DNA of 51,147 nucleotides from Clostridiales bacterium (GTDB lineage Bacteria; Bacillota; Clostridia; DSM-8532), in assembly GCA_036768735.1 (NCBI GenBank), contig DAIPML010000002.1, positions 1-51,147 of the forward strand, written 5' to 3'. Positions 35,906-44,436 of the stretch are shown here, in pieces. Below the pieces are notes generated by a model, which was not told where the DNA came from, ran no database searches, and saw only the letters and a list, made by a program, of their open reading frames with translations. Position 1 is the first letter of the stretch. Each line of letters starts with the position of its first letter. A program made the position numbers and the translations under genes.

Positions 35906-37096
35906 GTGAAAAGATTTCTTGCCTGCATAATAATTTCAATGATTTTTTTTTTAACAGTAATATATGCGGATGACATAAATGAGGATGCTCCGGTTTCATC
36001 TATTTTTGATGATATTGCAGTTGAAGTGTATAATGATGATGCTCCTAATATTAATGCGCGTTCAGCCATTGTTATTGATTTTGAATCCGGGCGGGTTCTA
36101 TACGAGAAATATGCATATCAAAAGCGTCCGATGGCAAGCACTACGAAAATTATGACTGCAATTGTAGCACTTGAAAATGGTAATTTGGATGATATTGTAA
36201 CTGTTAGCAAAAACGCTGCATCCATATGGGGTTCTACCATAAATTTAACTGTCGGCGAACAGCTTACCTTAAGAGAATTAATGTATGGTCTTTTAATGCG
36301 CTCTGGAAATGATGCGGCCATAGCAATTGCTGAACACATCGGTGGAAGTGTGGATTCATTTTTAGAAATGATGAATAAAAAAGCGAAAGAATTAGGAGCA
36401 CTAAATAGCAATTTTACAAGCCCTCATGGTCTTGATGGGACAGGTCATTACTCTACAGCTTATGATATGGCGATATTGACCAGACACGCTCTTAACATTC
36501 CAATATTCAATGATATTGTAAAAACAAAAACAATTCAGGTTGGCAAACGATTTATGAGCAATACAAATGAAATGTTAACAGGTTATGAGGGCGCTGACGG
36601 TGTAAAAACAGGCTATACAGGAAGAGCCGGGAGATGCCTTGTTACCTCAGCTACAAGGGATGGTAGAAGATTTATTTCAGTTGCTCTATTTTGCGACAGC
36701 AGAAATCTTAGGGCACTAAGCAGTAAAAAAATACTGGACTATGCTTTTGAGAATTATTTTCCTTATAATATTATAGAAAATGGTAATTTTGGTGAGATTC
36801 CTGTTTACAAAGGTTATGAAGAGTCAGTGCCCATCATAATAAATAAGTCAGTAACAATGCCTTTAACAGAATTTGAATCTGAGAATCTTTATACAAAAGT
36901 GTCTCTTCCTGATATTATAACAGCTCCGGTAGAAAGAGGTTCAGTATTAGGTACAATGTCCGTATACCTAAACGATGAGATACTGTGCGAATCAACTCTA
37001 ATCGCCGGAAAAACAATAAAACAGAAAAAAATGCTTGAGCATATGCTAGATGTTATTCAAGTTTGGCTACAGCTCATGAAGGAACCTAGAACATAG
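35906..37096 (+). CDS. D-alanyl-D-alanine carboxypeptidase (PBP5/S11 family, DacB/DacF-like)
   Basis: SxxK (ASTTK), SGN (RSGND) and KTG (VKTGYT) motifs are present. GTG start follows AGGGGGA. A signal peptide is present. Confidence 0.88.
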   Translation: MKRFLACIIISMIFFLTVIYADDINEDAPVSSIFDDIAVEVYNDDAPNINARSAIVIDFESGRVLYEKYAYQKRPMASTTKIMTAIVALENGNLDDIVTVSKNAASIWGSTINLTVGEQLTLRELMYGLLMRSGNDAAIAIAEHIGGSVDSFLEMMNKKAKELGALNSNFTSPHGLDGTGHYSTAYDMAILTRHALNIPIFNDIVKTKTIQVGKRFMSNTNEMLTGYEGADGVKTGYTGRAGRCLVTSATRDGRRFISVALFCDSRNLRALSSKKILDYAFENYFPYNIIENGNFGEIPVYKGYEESVPIIINKSVTMPLTEFESENLYTKVSLPDIITAPVERGSVLGTMSVYLNDEILCESTLIAGKTIKQKKMLEHMLDVIQVWLQLMKEPRT

Positions 37097-37113
37097 AGAA
37101 ATGATGGTTATTG

Positions 37114-37452
37114 TTCACACCCTCTATATTCTGAGATATAGCGAGGCTCAGATGTCCCCACCTCTTCGCGTATTTTCAACCATTATGGCTATTGAAGGAC
37201 GTTCTTTTGCTTTGCAAAAAACGGATCAAGCAATTTCTTCCGTTATTTTAACCGTGCAATCACAATATGGTTATCTCTCAGAAAGTCACATAGTGATTAT
37301 TTGATGCAATTTAAGATATTTTAAATTTCATCTGCTTTCAAAAGAAGGCTGGAAAATTATATTGAGATTACACTTGGTTGTAGCTTGACACGACTTCCTG
37401 CGGATTGACCAGCAAGAAAAATACGTTTCACGATTTTAAGGTAGAAATCATA
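37114..37452 (+). repeat. Mosaic array: family E module, family A copy A3, and family B composite copy
   Basis: ttcacaccctctatatt lies at 37114-37130. gaggctcagatgtccccacctcttcgcgtattttcaacc begins at 37143. The span 37266-37452 is collinear with 46995-47185. Confidence 0.85.
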
Positions 37453-37623
37453 ATAATAAATTAAAATGAATTATTTAAAATTTTAACTTGCAATATTATA
37501 TGAAAAGTATTAATATAAAAAAAAGAATTATCAGCCACTCATATATGCACATTCTTTTTTTCAATAGTTGCATGAAAAATGAGAATAATAGGCTGTATAA
37601 GATTACTGGGGGAAATAATTAAC

Positions 37624-38880
37624 ATGTATGAAGGATTTAACAGAGAGAAGTTAAAACAGCGCAAACAAGATATCGAAAATAAATATAATAACTATAAACT
37701 GCAAAACTTAAAGCTTGACATGTCCAGGGGTAAGCCATCTTGGGATCAGCTTAATCTGTCTAACGGTATATATGAAAATGTTGATGATTTTATATCCGAT
37801 GGAGGGGTTGATAGTAGAAACTATGGTATTCTGGATGGGTTATTGGAAATGAGAAAGCTTTTTGCCCAGATTATTGGTGTTTCACCTGATGAAGTTATCG
37901 CCGGTGACAGCTCCAGCCTGAATATGATGTATGATGCCATTTCCAGGGCTTTTAATCATGGGATAATGGGTAATGAACCATGGTGTAAGCTTGATAAAGT
38001 GAAATTTCTATGCCCAAGTCCAGGGTATGACAGGCATTTTGCTATATGTGAGTTATTTAAAATTGAAATGATAACTATACCCATGGACAATAATGGACCT
38101 GATATGGATATGGTTGAAGCTATAGTGGGTGAGGATGATTCTGTTAAAGGTATATGGTGTAACCCTATGTATAGCAATCCAACCGGTATTATATATTCAG
38201 ATGAGGTTATAGAGCGCTTAGCGGTTATGAAAACAAAAGCAAAGGATTTTCGTATATTCTGGGATAATGCATATGCACTGCATCATTTATATGAGGAAAA
38301 TACTCAATTAAATATATTGAATGAGTGCAAAAAAGCCGGCAATGAGGATAGGGTTTTTATGTTTTATTCAACCGCAAAAATTTCATTTGCCGGAGCAGGC
38401 GTTGCTGCGATAGCAGCTAGTAAAGGAAACATTGAGAATATAAAAAAGCTTATTTCCATACAGACAATAGGACCAAATAAAATAAATCAGCTGCTTCATG
38501 TGCGTTTTTTCAAGGATTTGGAAGGTGTCAAAGCCCATATGAAAAAGCATGCAGAAATTTTAAGACCGAAGTTTGAAGCCGTATTATATATTCTAGATAA
38601 AAACCTTGGAAATCTTAATATAGCAAAATGGACGAACCCAAAGGGTGGATATTTCATAAGCTTTGATACGCCAAAGGGATGTGCAAAAGAAGTGGTGGCT
38701 AAAGCTAAGGAGGCAGGGGTTTCATTTACGAATGCCGGTGCAACTTACCCGTATGGGATTGATCCGGATGATAAAAACATTCGTATTGCTCCGTCATACC
38801 CACAAATTGAAGAGCTTAAAAAGGCAATGGAGATATTCTGTATATGTGTTGAATTAGTAGTGTTGCAAAAATTATTATGA
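37624..38880 (+). CDS. PLP-dependent aminotransferase, class I/II fold (putative aspartate aminotransferase-like family)
   Basis: About 418 aa with LDMSRGKP near the N-terminus and a candidate PLP-lysine region YSTAKISFAGAG. The precise specificity cannot be determined from the sequence. Confidence 0.7.
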   Translation: MYEGFNREKLKQRKQDIENKYNNYKLQNLKLDMSRGKPSWDQLNLSNGIYENVDDFISDGGVDSRNYGILDGLLEMRKLFAQIIGVSPDEVIAGDSSSLNMMYDAISRAFNHGIMGNEPWCKLDKVKFLCPSPGYDRHFAICELFKIEMITIPMDNNGPDMDMVEAIVGEDDSVKGIWCNPMYSNPTGIIYSDEVIERLAVMKTKAKDFRIFWDNAYALHHLYEENTQLNILNECKKAGNEDRVFMFYSTAKISFAGAGVAAIAASKGNIENIKKLISIQTIGPNKINQLLHVRFFKDLEGVKAHMKKHAEILRPKFEAVLYILDKNLGNLNIAKWTNPKGGYFISFDTPKGCAKEVVAKAKEAGVSFTNAGATYPYGIDPDDKNIRIAPSYPQIEELKKAMEIFCICVELVVLQKLL

Positions 38881-38884
38881 TTAC

Positions 38885-38963
38885 CCTGAAAGCCACGAAG
38901 TGACTTCTAATGATTATCGAATCGTCTTTAATAACGACTAAAGTTACTTCATGACTTTCTGGG
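38885..38963. repeat. Family B core hairpins (two half-elements)
   Basis: cctgaaagccacgaagtgacttct lies at 38885-38908 and agttacttcatgactttctggg at 38942-38963. Confidence 0.7.
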
Positions 38964-39135
38964 AGATAATCAGATAACAACAATAAAAAACTCACATCGT
39001 TAAAAATAGTAAATTATATCTGGATTTTTAGAGAGAAAGAATATATAATAGATATGTCATGCAACAGATTTGAACATTATGTAAGAACTTCATGTCGTCT
39101 TAACAATGACAACATAAACTTGGAGGAAAAAAATC

Positions 39136-39240
39136 TTGCAAAAAAATTCCTATGGTAATTCTTTAGATACAAGGTATGCAAGCAAAGAAATGCAACTTCT
39201 TTTTTCATCTGACACAAAATTCAAAACTTAGCGAAAGCTA
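39136..39240 (+). pseudogene. 5' remnant of an adenylosuccinate lyase (purB, ADSL-type) gene
   Basis: GGAGGA lies upstream of the TTG start. The translation LQKNSYGNSLDTRYASKEMQLLFSSDTKFKT*RKL matches the conserved ASL N-terminus (...PL.tRYASkEM..lFS...KF.tWRkLW...), with TAG replacing the Trp codon. Similarity is lost after RKL. Confidence 0.6.
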
Positions 39241-39391
39241 TTAATCTTAACGTGTAGTAATATAACATTTAATTCACTTCGTTGAATAAGACTTAAGTAC
39301 TAATGATAAAATTTTTAAACAGAACTCTTGAATATTATTATTCAACCTGATATGATGTAAGAACATAATTACAACATTATGTTTTAAATAT

Positions 39392-40159
39392 GTGATGCAA
39401 ATGGGGGTAAGAGACGTGGGCGCAATAAATAAGTACAGTACTGTGCCATTATATTGTCAACTTAGAAACATAATTCTTAAAAAAATAGAATCTGGTTTTT
39501 TTGCAGAGGATTCCAAGATTCCTTCAGAGCAGGATTTGTGTGAAAAATATGGTATCAGCCGTCCTACAGTCAGACAAGCAATTAATGAGCTGACAAATAA
39601 TGGGCAGTTATATAAGCTAAAGGGTAAGGGAACCTTTGTTACAAAAAGAAAATCCAATATAAACATTAAGGATTATAATGGCTTTACAGATTCAATTCTT
39701 GATAGCCTTGAACCTGAAAAAAAGAATATAACATCTATTACCACTGTTACTACAGATGAAATAGGAAAACTGAAGGATATATTTAATATAAAAGCAGAAA
39801 AACATGAATTCGCTTCCATTACATATGTAAATACTCGAAATGAAGAGGCTTTTTCAATCAATACATCATATATCCCACTAAATCTTTTTCCGGATTTAAT
39901 TGATGACATTAATAATAAAAAGCCATCATTTGAAATACTTCGAGGGAAATATCCTTTGGTGCCATGTAGCTCAAAAAGCTCTCTTGAGGTTATTTATACA
40001 GATCAATCAGATGCCGGACTGTTGCAGCTGCAACCCGGACAAGCCCTTATAGAGGTAAATAATGTACTTTTCTCAAAAAGCGGTCAGCCTGTTGAATATA
40101 TTGTCTCGAAATACAGAGCAGATAAGTGCAAGCTGATGTTTGAAAATTATAAAAAATAG
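39392..40159 (+). CDS. GntR-family transcriptional regulator, HutC/UTRA subfamily
   Basis: Winged HTH PSEQDLCEKYGISRPTVRQAINELTNNGQLYKLKGKGTFV, followed by a UTRA-like effector domain. The start is uncertain (GTG 39392, ATG 39395/39401 or GTG 39416). Confidence 0.85.
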   Translation: MMQMGVRDVGAINKYSTVPLYCQLRNIILKKIESGFFAEDSKIPSEQDLCEKYGISRPTVRQAINELTNNGQLYKLKGKGTFVTKRKSNINIKDYNGFTDSILDSLEPEKKNITSITTVTTDEIGKLKDIFNIKAEKHEFASITYVNTRNEEAFSINTSYIPLNLFPDLIDDINNKKPSFEILRGKYPLVPCSSKSSLEVIYTDQSDAGLLQLQPGQALIEVNNVLFSKSGQPVEYIVSKYRADKCKLMFENYKK

Positions 40160-40160
40160 T

Positions 40161-40303
40161 AATGGTTAAGATGCTGAAATGATAGGAAAATAAAAACACT
40201 AAAAAATAATAAAGGCAAAATTTTGAAATGATAGTAGTTTAAAATGCCGAAATGATAGCAGATTAATATATTGAAATGATATTAATGGTTAAAATACTGG
40301 AAA
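40161..40303 (+). repeat. Degenerate ~24-nt direct repeats sharing GAAATGATA
   Basis: GAAATGATA occurs at 40176, 40225, 40249 and 40273. aatggttaaRatRctg occurs at 40161 and 40284. Confidence 0.7.
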
Positions 40304-40335
40304 ATTTGTATAACCAGAAATTTAAGAAAAGCATA

Positions 40336-40366
40336 GAGAAAAGCGTTGAGAAAAGCGTTGAGAAAA
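40336..40366 (+). repeat. 12-nt tandem repeat gagaaaagcgtt (about 2.6 copies)
   Basis: Read directly from the sequence: gagaaaagcgtt gagaaaagcgtt gagaaaa. Confidence 0.85.
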
Positions 40367-40376
40367 CTTGGAATAT

Positions 40377-40432
40377 ATACATACATACATACATACATAC
40401 ATACATACATACATACATACATACATACATAC
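40377..40432 (+). repeat. Tetranucleotide microsatellite (ATAC)14
   Basis: 14 perfect ATAC units were counted from the sequence. The run lies between the convergent 3' ends of the GntR gene and the coat-protein gene. Confidence 0.95.
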
Positions 40433-40511
40433 AAATAGAAAAAGCCTGGAGAAAACTCCGGGCTTTAAATGTGTGGCAAATGAGTGCTTCAATTCAAAAA
40501 TGCTTTATTTT

Positions 40512-40793
40512 TTACCCGCTGATACCTTGCTTTAATTGACCTAATTTTTGCACTGCCTGCTGCAATTCATTCATTTCCGCATTTTTTGCCTGGTACCAAC
40601 CTCTTTGCTTCATATGGTCATAGATTTCATATTGTACTTGCTGGTTATCTGCGATTATCTGGTTAAGTTCTTGCCTTAGCTGCTGGCATGTTGCTTCTGC
40701 AAGATAAGTTCCATATGATGTAATTGACTGCTTTTCCGTGTTTAAAGCATCGGTCATCATATCCTGCTCATTTAAATTTTGATTAGTATGCAT
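40512..40793 (-). CDS. Spore coat protein, CotF-like (Coat_F domain)
   Basis: 93 aa. DMMTDALNTEKQSITSYGTYLAEATCQQLRQEL fits the Coat_F helical pattern. Confidence 0.6.
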   Translation of the reverse strand: MHTNQNLNEQDMMTDALNTEKQSITSYGTYLAEATCQQLRQELNQIIADNQQVQYEIYDHMKQRGWYQAKNAEMNELQQAVQKLGQLKQGISG

Positions 40794-40810
40794 ATCTTGT
40801 CTCCTTTCAA

Positions 40811-41059
40811 TTATTGCATCTGGGCTGGTTTGTTATGAGAATTTAAATAATTATAAAGAGTATCAAAATGCTTTTTATGCATTTGAGCTGCTTTTTGGCA
40901 TACTGTTTTTAATTGCTGATCATTACATGAGTTTGCATACATATTCATTTTTTTGTAGTTTAAAGCTTCCTTACTCATTTGGTCATCCAAAATTGTTAAA
41001 TTTTTCGAAGAAAGCATGGCTTTATTAGCCTGATTTTGATTTTGCATATTACTGTTCAT
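40811..41059 (-). CDS. Small Q/N/K-rich protein co-oriented with the CotF-like gene (possible coat-associated protein)
   Basis: 82-aa ORF lying 17 nt upstream of the CotF-like gene, with AAGGAGG upstream. No family was recognised with confidence. Confidence 0.5.
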   Translation of the reverse strand: MNSNMQNQNQANKAMLSSKNLTILDDQMSKEALNYKKMNMYANSCNDQQLKTVCQKAAQMHKKHFDTLYNYLNSHNKPAQMQ

Positions 41060-41634
41060 TTAATTGCCTCCTTGTTATTTAAATATGCCGACATAAAGAT
41101 AGCGTCTGCAAACTAATTTAAAATATACGTAAAACAAATTTAAAGCTTCGTTAAAATAAAGAAATGAATAAGAACCCCGCTTTTTGCAAAGCTAAAACTA
41201 TACCGTATTTTCAATGCTTTCAAATTAAATTTTTTCATTGCTTCTCAGTAACTTACTGATGCAAAACATTAATAAACAAGAATATTCATGTTTTGCATCT
41301 ATGAGTTCCTATATTGGGGTGTAGGCTAAGCCTACTTTAGATTTTAAAGATCAGAAGTTTAGTTTTAGGTACTCATTAGCCAATGTGTGTTTGTATTCAA
41401 TAATGCTTTTGCATACCTGTACATTCGAAATTATATACGTATTCAATTAAAGCCCACAGGTAAAGCAAAAATTTTTTTTTATATACTGTTTCAAATGCAA
41501 AAAATGTGTTAAAATAATAACAAGCGAATAGTAATCTAAGCTGTGGGCAAAGAAGCTGCAGTAAGGATTTCTTATTTTACATACCTGATAACATGGAGGA
41601 ATCTTTGTGGAGGGGAAGGTAATTACCACTGCCC

Positions 41635-41657
41635 GCCCAAATGATTTGGGCTTTTTT
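41635..41657 (+). terminator. Intrinsic terminator inside the 5' leader of the second ABC operon
   Basis: Stem GCCCAAA/TTTGGGC, loop TGA, then TTTTTT. It lies 58 nt upstream of ATG 41715. Confidence 0.7.
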
Positions 41658-41714
41658 AATTGCATAAGAAAGTAATTTTTACTATGCAATACTATCTATT
41701 AATGGAGGATTATT

Positions 41715-42773
41715 ATGAAAAAGAAAGTTCTAATTTTTACTGCTATGCTGATTTCCGTGTTTTTTTTAGCTTCGTGTGCATTTACTAACAATGGGACAGA
41801 TGTCACCGGTTCAGAAACTATAGGTACAACTGTAACAGACAATCAGACTGTCACAACACAAACTGAAACCCCTGAGAAAAAACCGGAACAAGTTAAAGTT
41901 GTTGCTCCTGCCGGTGCTACTGCTGTAAGCATCGTAAAACCTATGAAAGATACAAAAGAGGTAAATGGTACAAAGGTGGAATATGAAGTAGTACCGACAA
42001 CTGATCTGATTGTTGCAAGACTCACTTCTAAGGAAGCTGACTTTGCAGTAATGCCGGTTAACCTTGCCGCACAATTATACCAAAAACAAATGCCTTACAA
42101 GCTGACTTCTGTTGTTACCTGGGGGAACCTTTATATTGCTTCATCTGAGAGCATTGAGGGATGGGAGTTCTTAAAAGGTGAAGATATTTATATGATGGGA
42201 AAAGGTCTTGTACCCGATATAGTATTCAGGACGCTTTTACAAAAGAACAATATTGATCCTGATAAGGATGTAAACTTGATTTACCTGTCCGGTGCAACAG
42301 AGCTTGCCCCGAACTTCCTGGCGGGAAAAGCAAAAATCTCAATGCTTCCCGAACCCATTTTAACAACAGTCAAAACAAAAAAACCTGACACCAATGTATT
42401 TTTAGATTTGCAGGAGGAGTGGAAGAAATCTTTCGAAACCACGGCAGGATACCCTCAAGCAGGTATTTTTGTAAAGGAAGACCTAATAAATGAAAGTCCG
42501 GGCTTTGTTAAGGAATATGTTAATATACTGGCAGACGGAATGGCTTGGAACAACGAAAATCCATCATTGGCAGGTGTTTATGCAGAAGAAATGGGGCTTG
42601 GTCTTCAAGCGGCAGTTGTTGAAAAATCCATGCCTGGAAATAATATAAGACATGAATTTATTGGAGACGTAAAAAAGGAGCTTAATGACTTTTATAAGAT
42701 CCTCTTTGATTTTAATCCTACAACCGTTGGTGGAGCTATTCCTGATGAAGGATTATATTATGAAATCCGGTAG
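41715..42773 (+). CDS. ABC transporter substrate-binding lipoprotein (NMT1/SsuA-like)
   Basis: Lipobox FFLASC and a Thr-rich linker, followed by an NMT1/SsuA-type binding domain. GGAGGA lies upstream. Confidence 0.8.
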   Translation: MKKKVLIFTAMLISVFFLASCAFTNNGTDVTGSETIGTTVTDNQTVTTQTETPEKKPEQVKVVAPAGATAVSIVKPMKDTKEVNGTKVEYEVVPTTDLIVARLTSKEADFAVMPVNLAAQLYQKQMPYKLTSVVTWGNLYIASSESIEGWEFLKGEDIYMMGKGLVPDIVFRTLLQKNNIDPDKDVNLIYLSGATELAPNFLAGKAKISMLPEPILTTVKTKKPDTNVFLDLQEEWKKSFETTAGYPQAGIFVKEDLINESPGFVKEYVNILADGMAWNNENPSLAGVYAEEMGLGLQAAVVEKSMPGNNIRHEFIGDVKKELNDFYKILFDFNPTTVGGAIPDEGLYYEIR

Positions 42774-42779
42774 GTAAAT

Positions 42780-43535
42780 ATGAAGAAACACACGCAAAAG
42801 CTGTATTATCTTATTTTTATTGTAGTGTTGGTTATTATTTGGCATTTCTTATCGCTGGGAAGGGAATCCTTGATTTTCCCTTCCCCTTATGAAGTGTTAC
42901 TTTCCTTTGTTTCTATAATGCAGAGCAAAGCGTTCCTGCCATCTGTAATGAATACAGTGAAAGCTGTTTTTGTAAGCTTTGCCATAGCTATTATACCGGC
43001 ACTTGTTTTTGGTATTTTAAGTAAACTTTTGCCACCGGTATACGTGGTTATGGACAAGATTTCAGGTATAATCCGCTCAATTCCTTCCGTTGCCCTAATC
43101 TTGATAGCTCTTTTACTACTGCCTGTTTCCATTACACCTATTGTTATTTGTTTTTTCGTTGTTTTTCCTGTTTTATACACAAATATTGCCGAAGGGCTTG
43201 CAGGTGTTGATAAGAAGCTTCTCGAAATGGCAAGTGTTTACGACGTAAGCAGAAAGAAAATAATTATGGGAATATATTTACCTTCTCTGTACACTTATTT
43301 AATAGCCGGAGCCCGTTCTGCTTTGGGGCTTAATTTTAAAATAATGGTGACAGCTGAGGTGTTCAATTTTGTAAATCATAACACAATCGGAGCACAAATG
43401 TACATGCAAAAAATTCAGATAGATATTGCAGGAATCATAGCGTGGGCAGTAATAGTGGTTGTGATATCTCTTCTTTTTGATTTTTTATTAAAAAAATTAT
43501 TTGAGAGGAGAGATTTTTATGCCGGAAATGATTAA
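42780..43535 (+). CDS. ABC transporter permease (NitT/TauT family)
   Basis: 251 aa, 6 TM, with a BPD-type permease core. Confidence 0.85.
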   Translation: MKKHTQKLYYLIFIVVLVIIWHFLSLGRESLIFPSPYEVLLSFVSIMQSKAFLPSVMNTVKAVFVSFAIAIIPALVFGILSKLLPPVYVVMDKISGIIRSIPSVALILIALLLLPVSITPIVICFFVVFPVLYTNIAEGLAGVDKKLLEMASVYDVSRKKIIMGIYLPSLYTYLIAGARSALGLNFKIMVTAEVFNFVNHNTIGAQMYMQKIQIDIAGIIAWAVIVVVISLLFDFLLKKLFERRDFYAGND

Positions 43536-44232
43536 TATTCATAAAAGCTTTGGACAGATAAATGTATTGGAAGGTCTTAGTATGTCGTTTGAGGATAGTA
43601 GCATTACATCTATTTTAGGACCCTCCGGTTGTGGAAAAACAACGCTTCTTAACATTGCCGCAGGAGTTATTGTGCCTGATAGCGGCGAGCTTGTTGGTAT
43701 GGATAATAAAAAAATAAGTTTTTTGTTTCAGGAAACAAGACTGCTTCCATGGAAAAATGCTATAGATAACTTGGAATTTGTGTTGCCCGACACACTTGAT
43801 AAGAAAACAAAGCTTCAGTTATGCATTGAAATTTTAGATGGAGTTGGTCTTAAAGGTTATGAGAAGCATTACCCATCTCAGCTTAGTGGAGGAATGAATC
43901 AGCGCCTCGCAATGGCAAGAGCATTTATAGTAAAATCGGATATTTTGTTTATGGATGAACCATTTCAATCATTGGATTTAAAAAGGCGTACACAAATGAT
44001 AACTATGTTTAAAAAATTATGGCTTTCTACAAAGCTTGCCGTTTTAATGGTTACGCATGATGTGCAGGAAGCTCTTCTGTTATCAGACAAAATTTATGTT
44101 CTTTCTGATAAACCCGCTAAGATTCTGCTTGAGCTTAAAAATCCAATGCCCTTCAACATGCGTACGGTAAAAAATCCGGATTTTTATGAGCTGGAGCAGA
44201 AAATTATCAATCAATATATTCTCACAGAATAA
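43519..44232 (+). CDS. ABC transporter ATP-binding protein (NitT/TauT family)
   Basis: Walker A GPSGCGKTT, signature LSGGMNQR, Walker B ILFMDEPFQSLD. ATG 43519 follows AGGAGA and overlaps the permease end. Confidence 0.88.
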   Translation: MPEMINIHKSFGQINVLEGLSMSFEDSSITSILGPSGCGKTTLLNIAAGVIVPDSGELVGMDNKKISFLFQETRLLPWKNAIDNLEFVLPDTLDKKTKLQLCIEILDGVGLKGYEKHYPSQLSGGMNQRLAMARAFIVKSDILFMDEPFQSLDLKRRTQMITMFKKLWLSTKLAVLMVTHDVQEALLLSDKIYVLSDKPAKILLELKNPMPFNMRTVKNPDFYELEQKIINQYILTE

Positions 44233-44436
44233 AGACACGCAATTGATTAGTAATTACTTCTCATTTACCTAACTTTATTGTAGTATTATGAACACTTGCC
44301 TGCATAGCAGGCTATTGACAACTTTAGGATATTACGCCTCAACATGTCGATTCCATAAGAGTTGTCTTTAAATAGTAACTCATTAGAAAATCACTTCGTG
44401 TATTTATGTAAGATAATCATAGCATTTCTTCGAAAT

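Noticed and set aside
37101-37304. 67-aa ORF after the carboxypeptidase gene. Similar ORFs occur at 8189-8371, 16567-16872, 18037-18243, 6555-6806 and 41447-41689.
   Set aside because: All lie within repeat elements or leaders whose sequences recur elsewhere as non-coding DNA. None has an RBS or recognisable domains.
40276-40539. 87-aa ORF containing a (HTYI)n run.
   Set aside because: It is a direct translation of the (ATAC)14 microsatellite and the 12-mer tandem repeat. It has no RBS and lies in a convergent 3' spacer.
41540-41625. TPP (THI-box) riboswitch upstream of the NMT1-like ABC transporter.
   Set aside because: ACCTGAT and GGGGAAGG resemble parts of the aptamer. However, the invariant CUGAGA element and the P4/P5 CUGG...CCAG helix are missing, so I could not draw the consensus fold. 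It is reported only as an unclassified leader.
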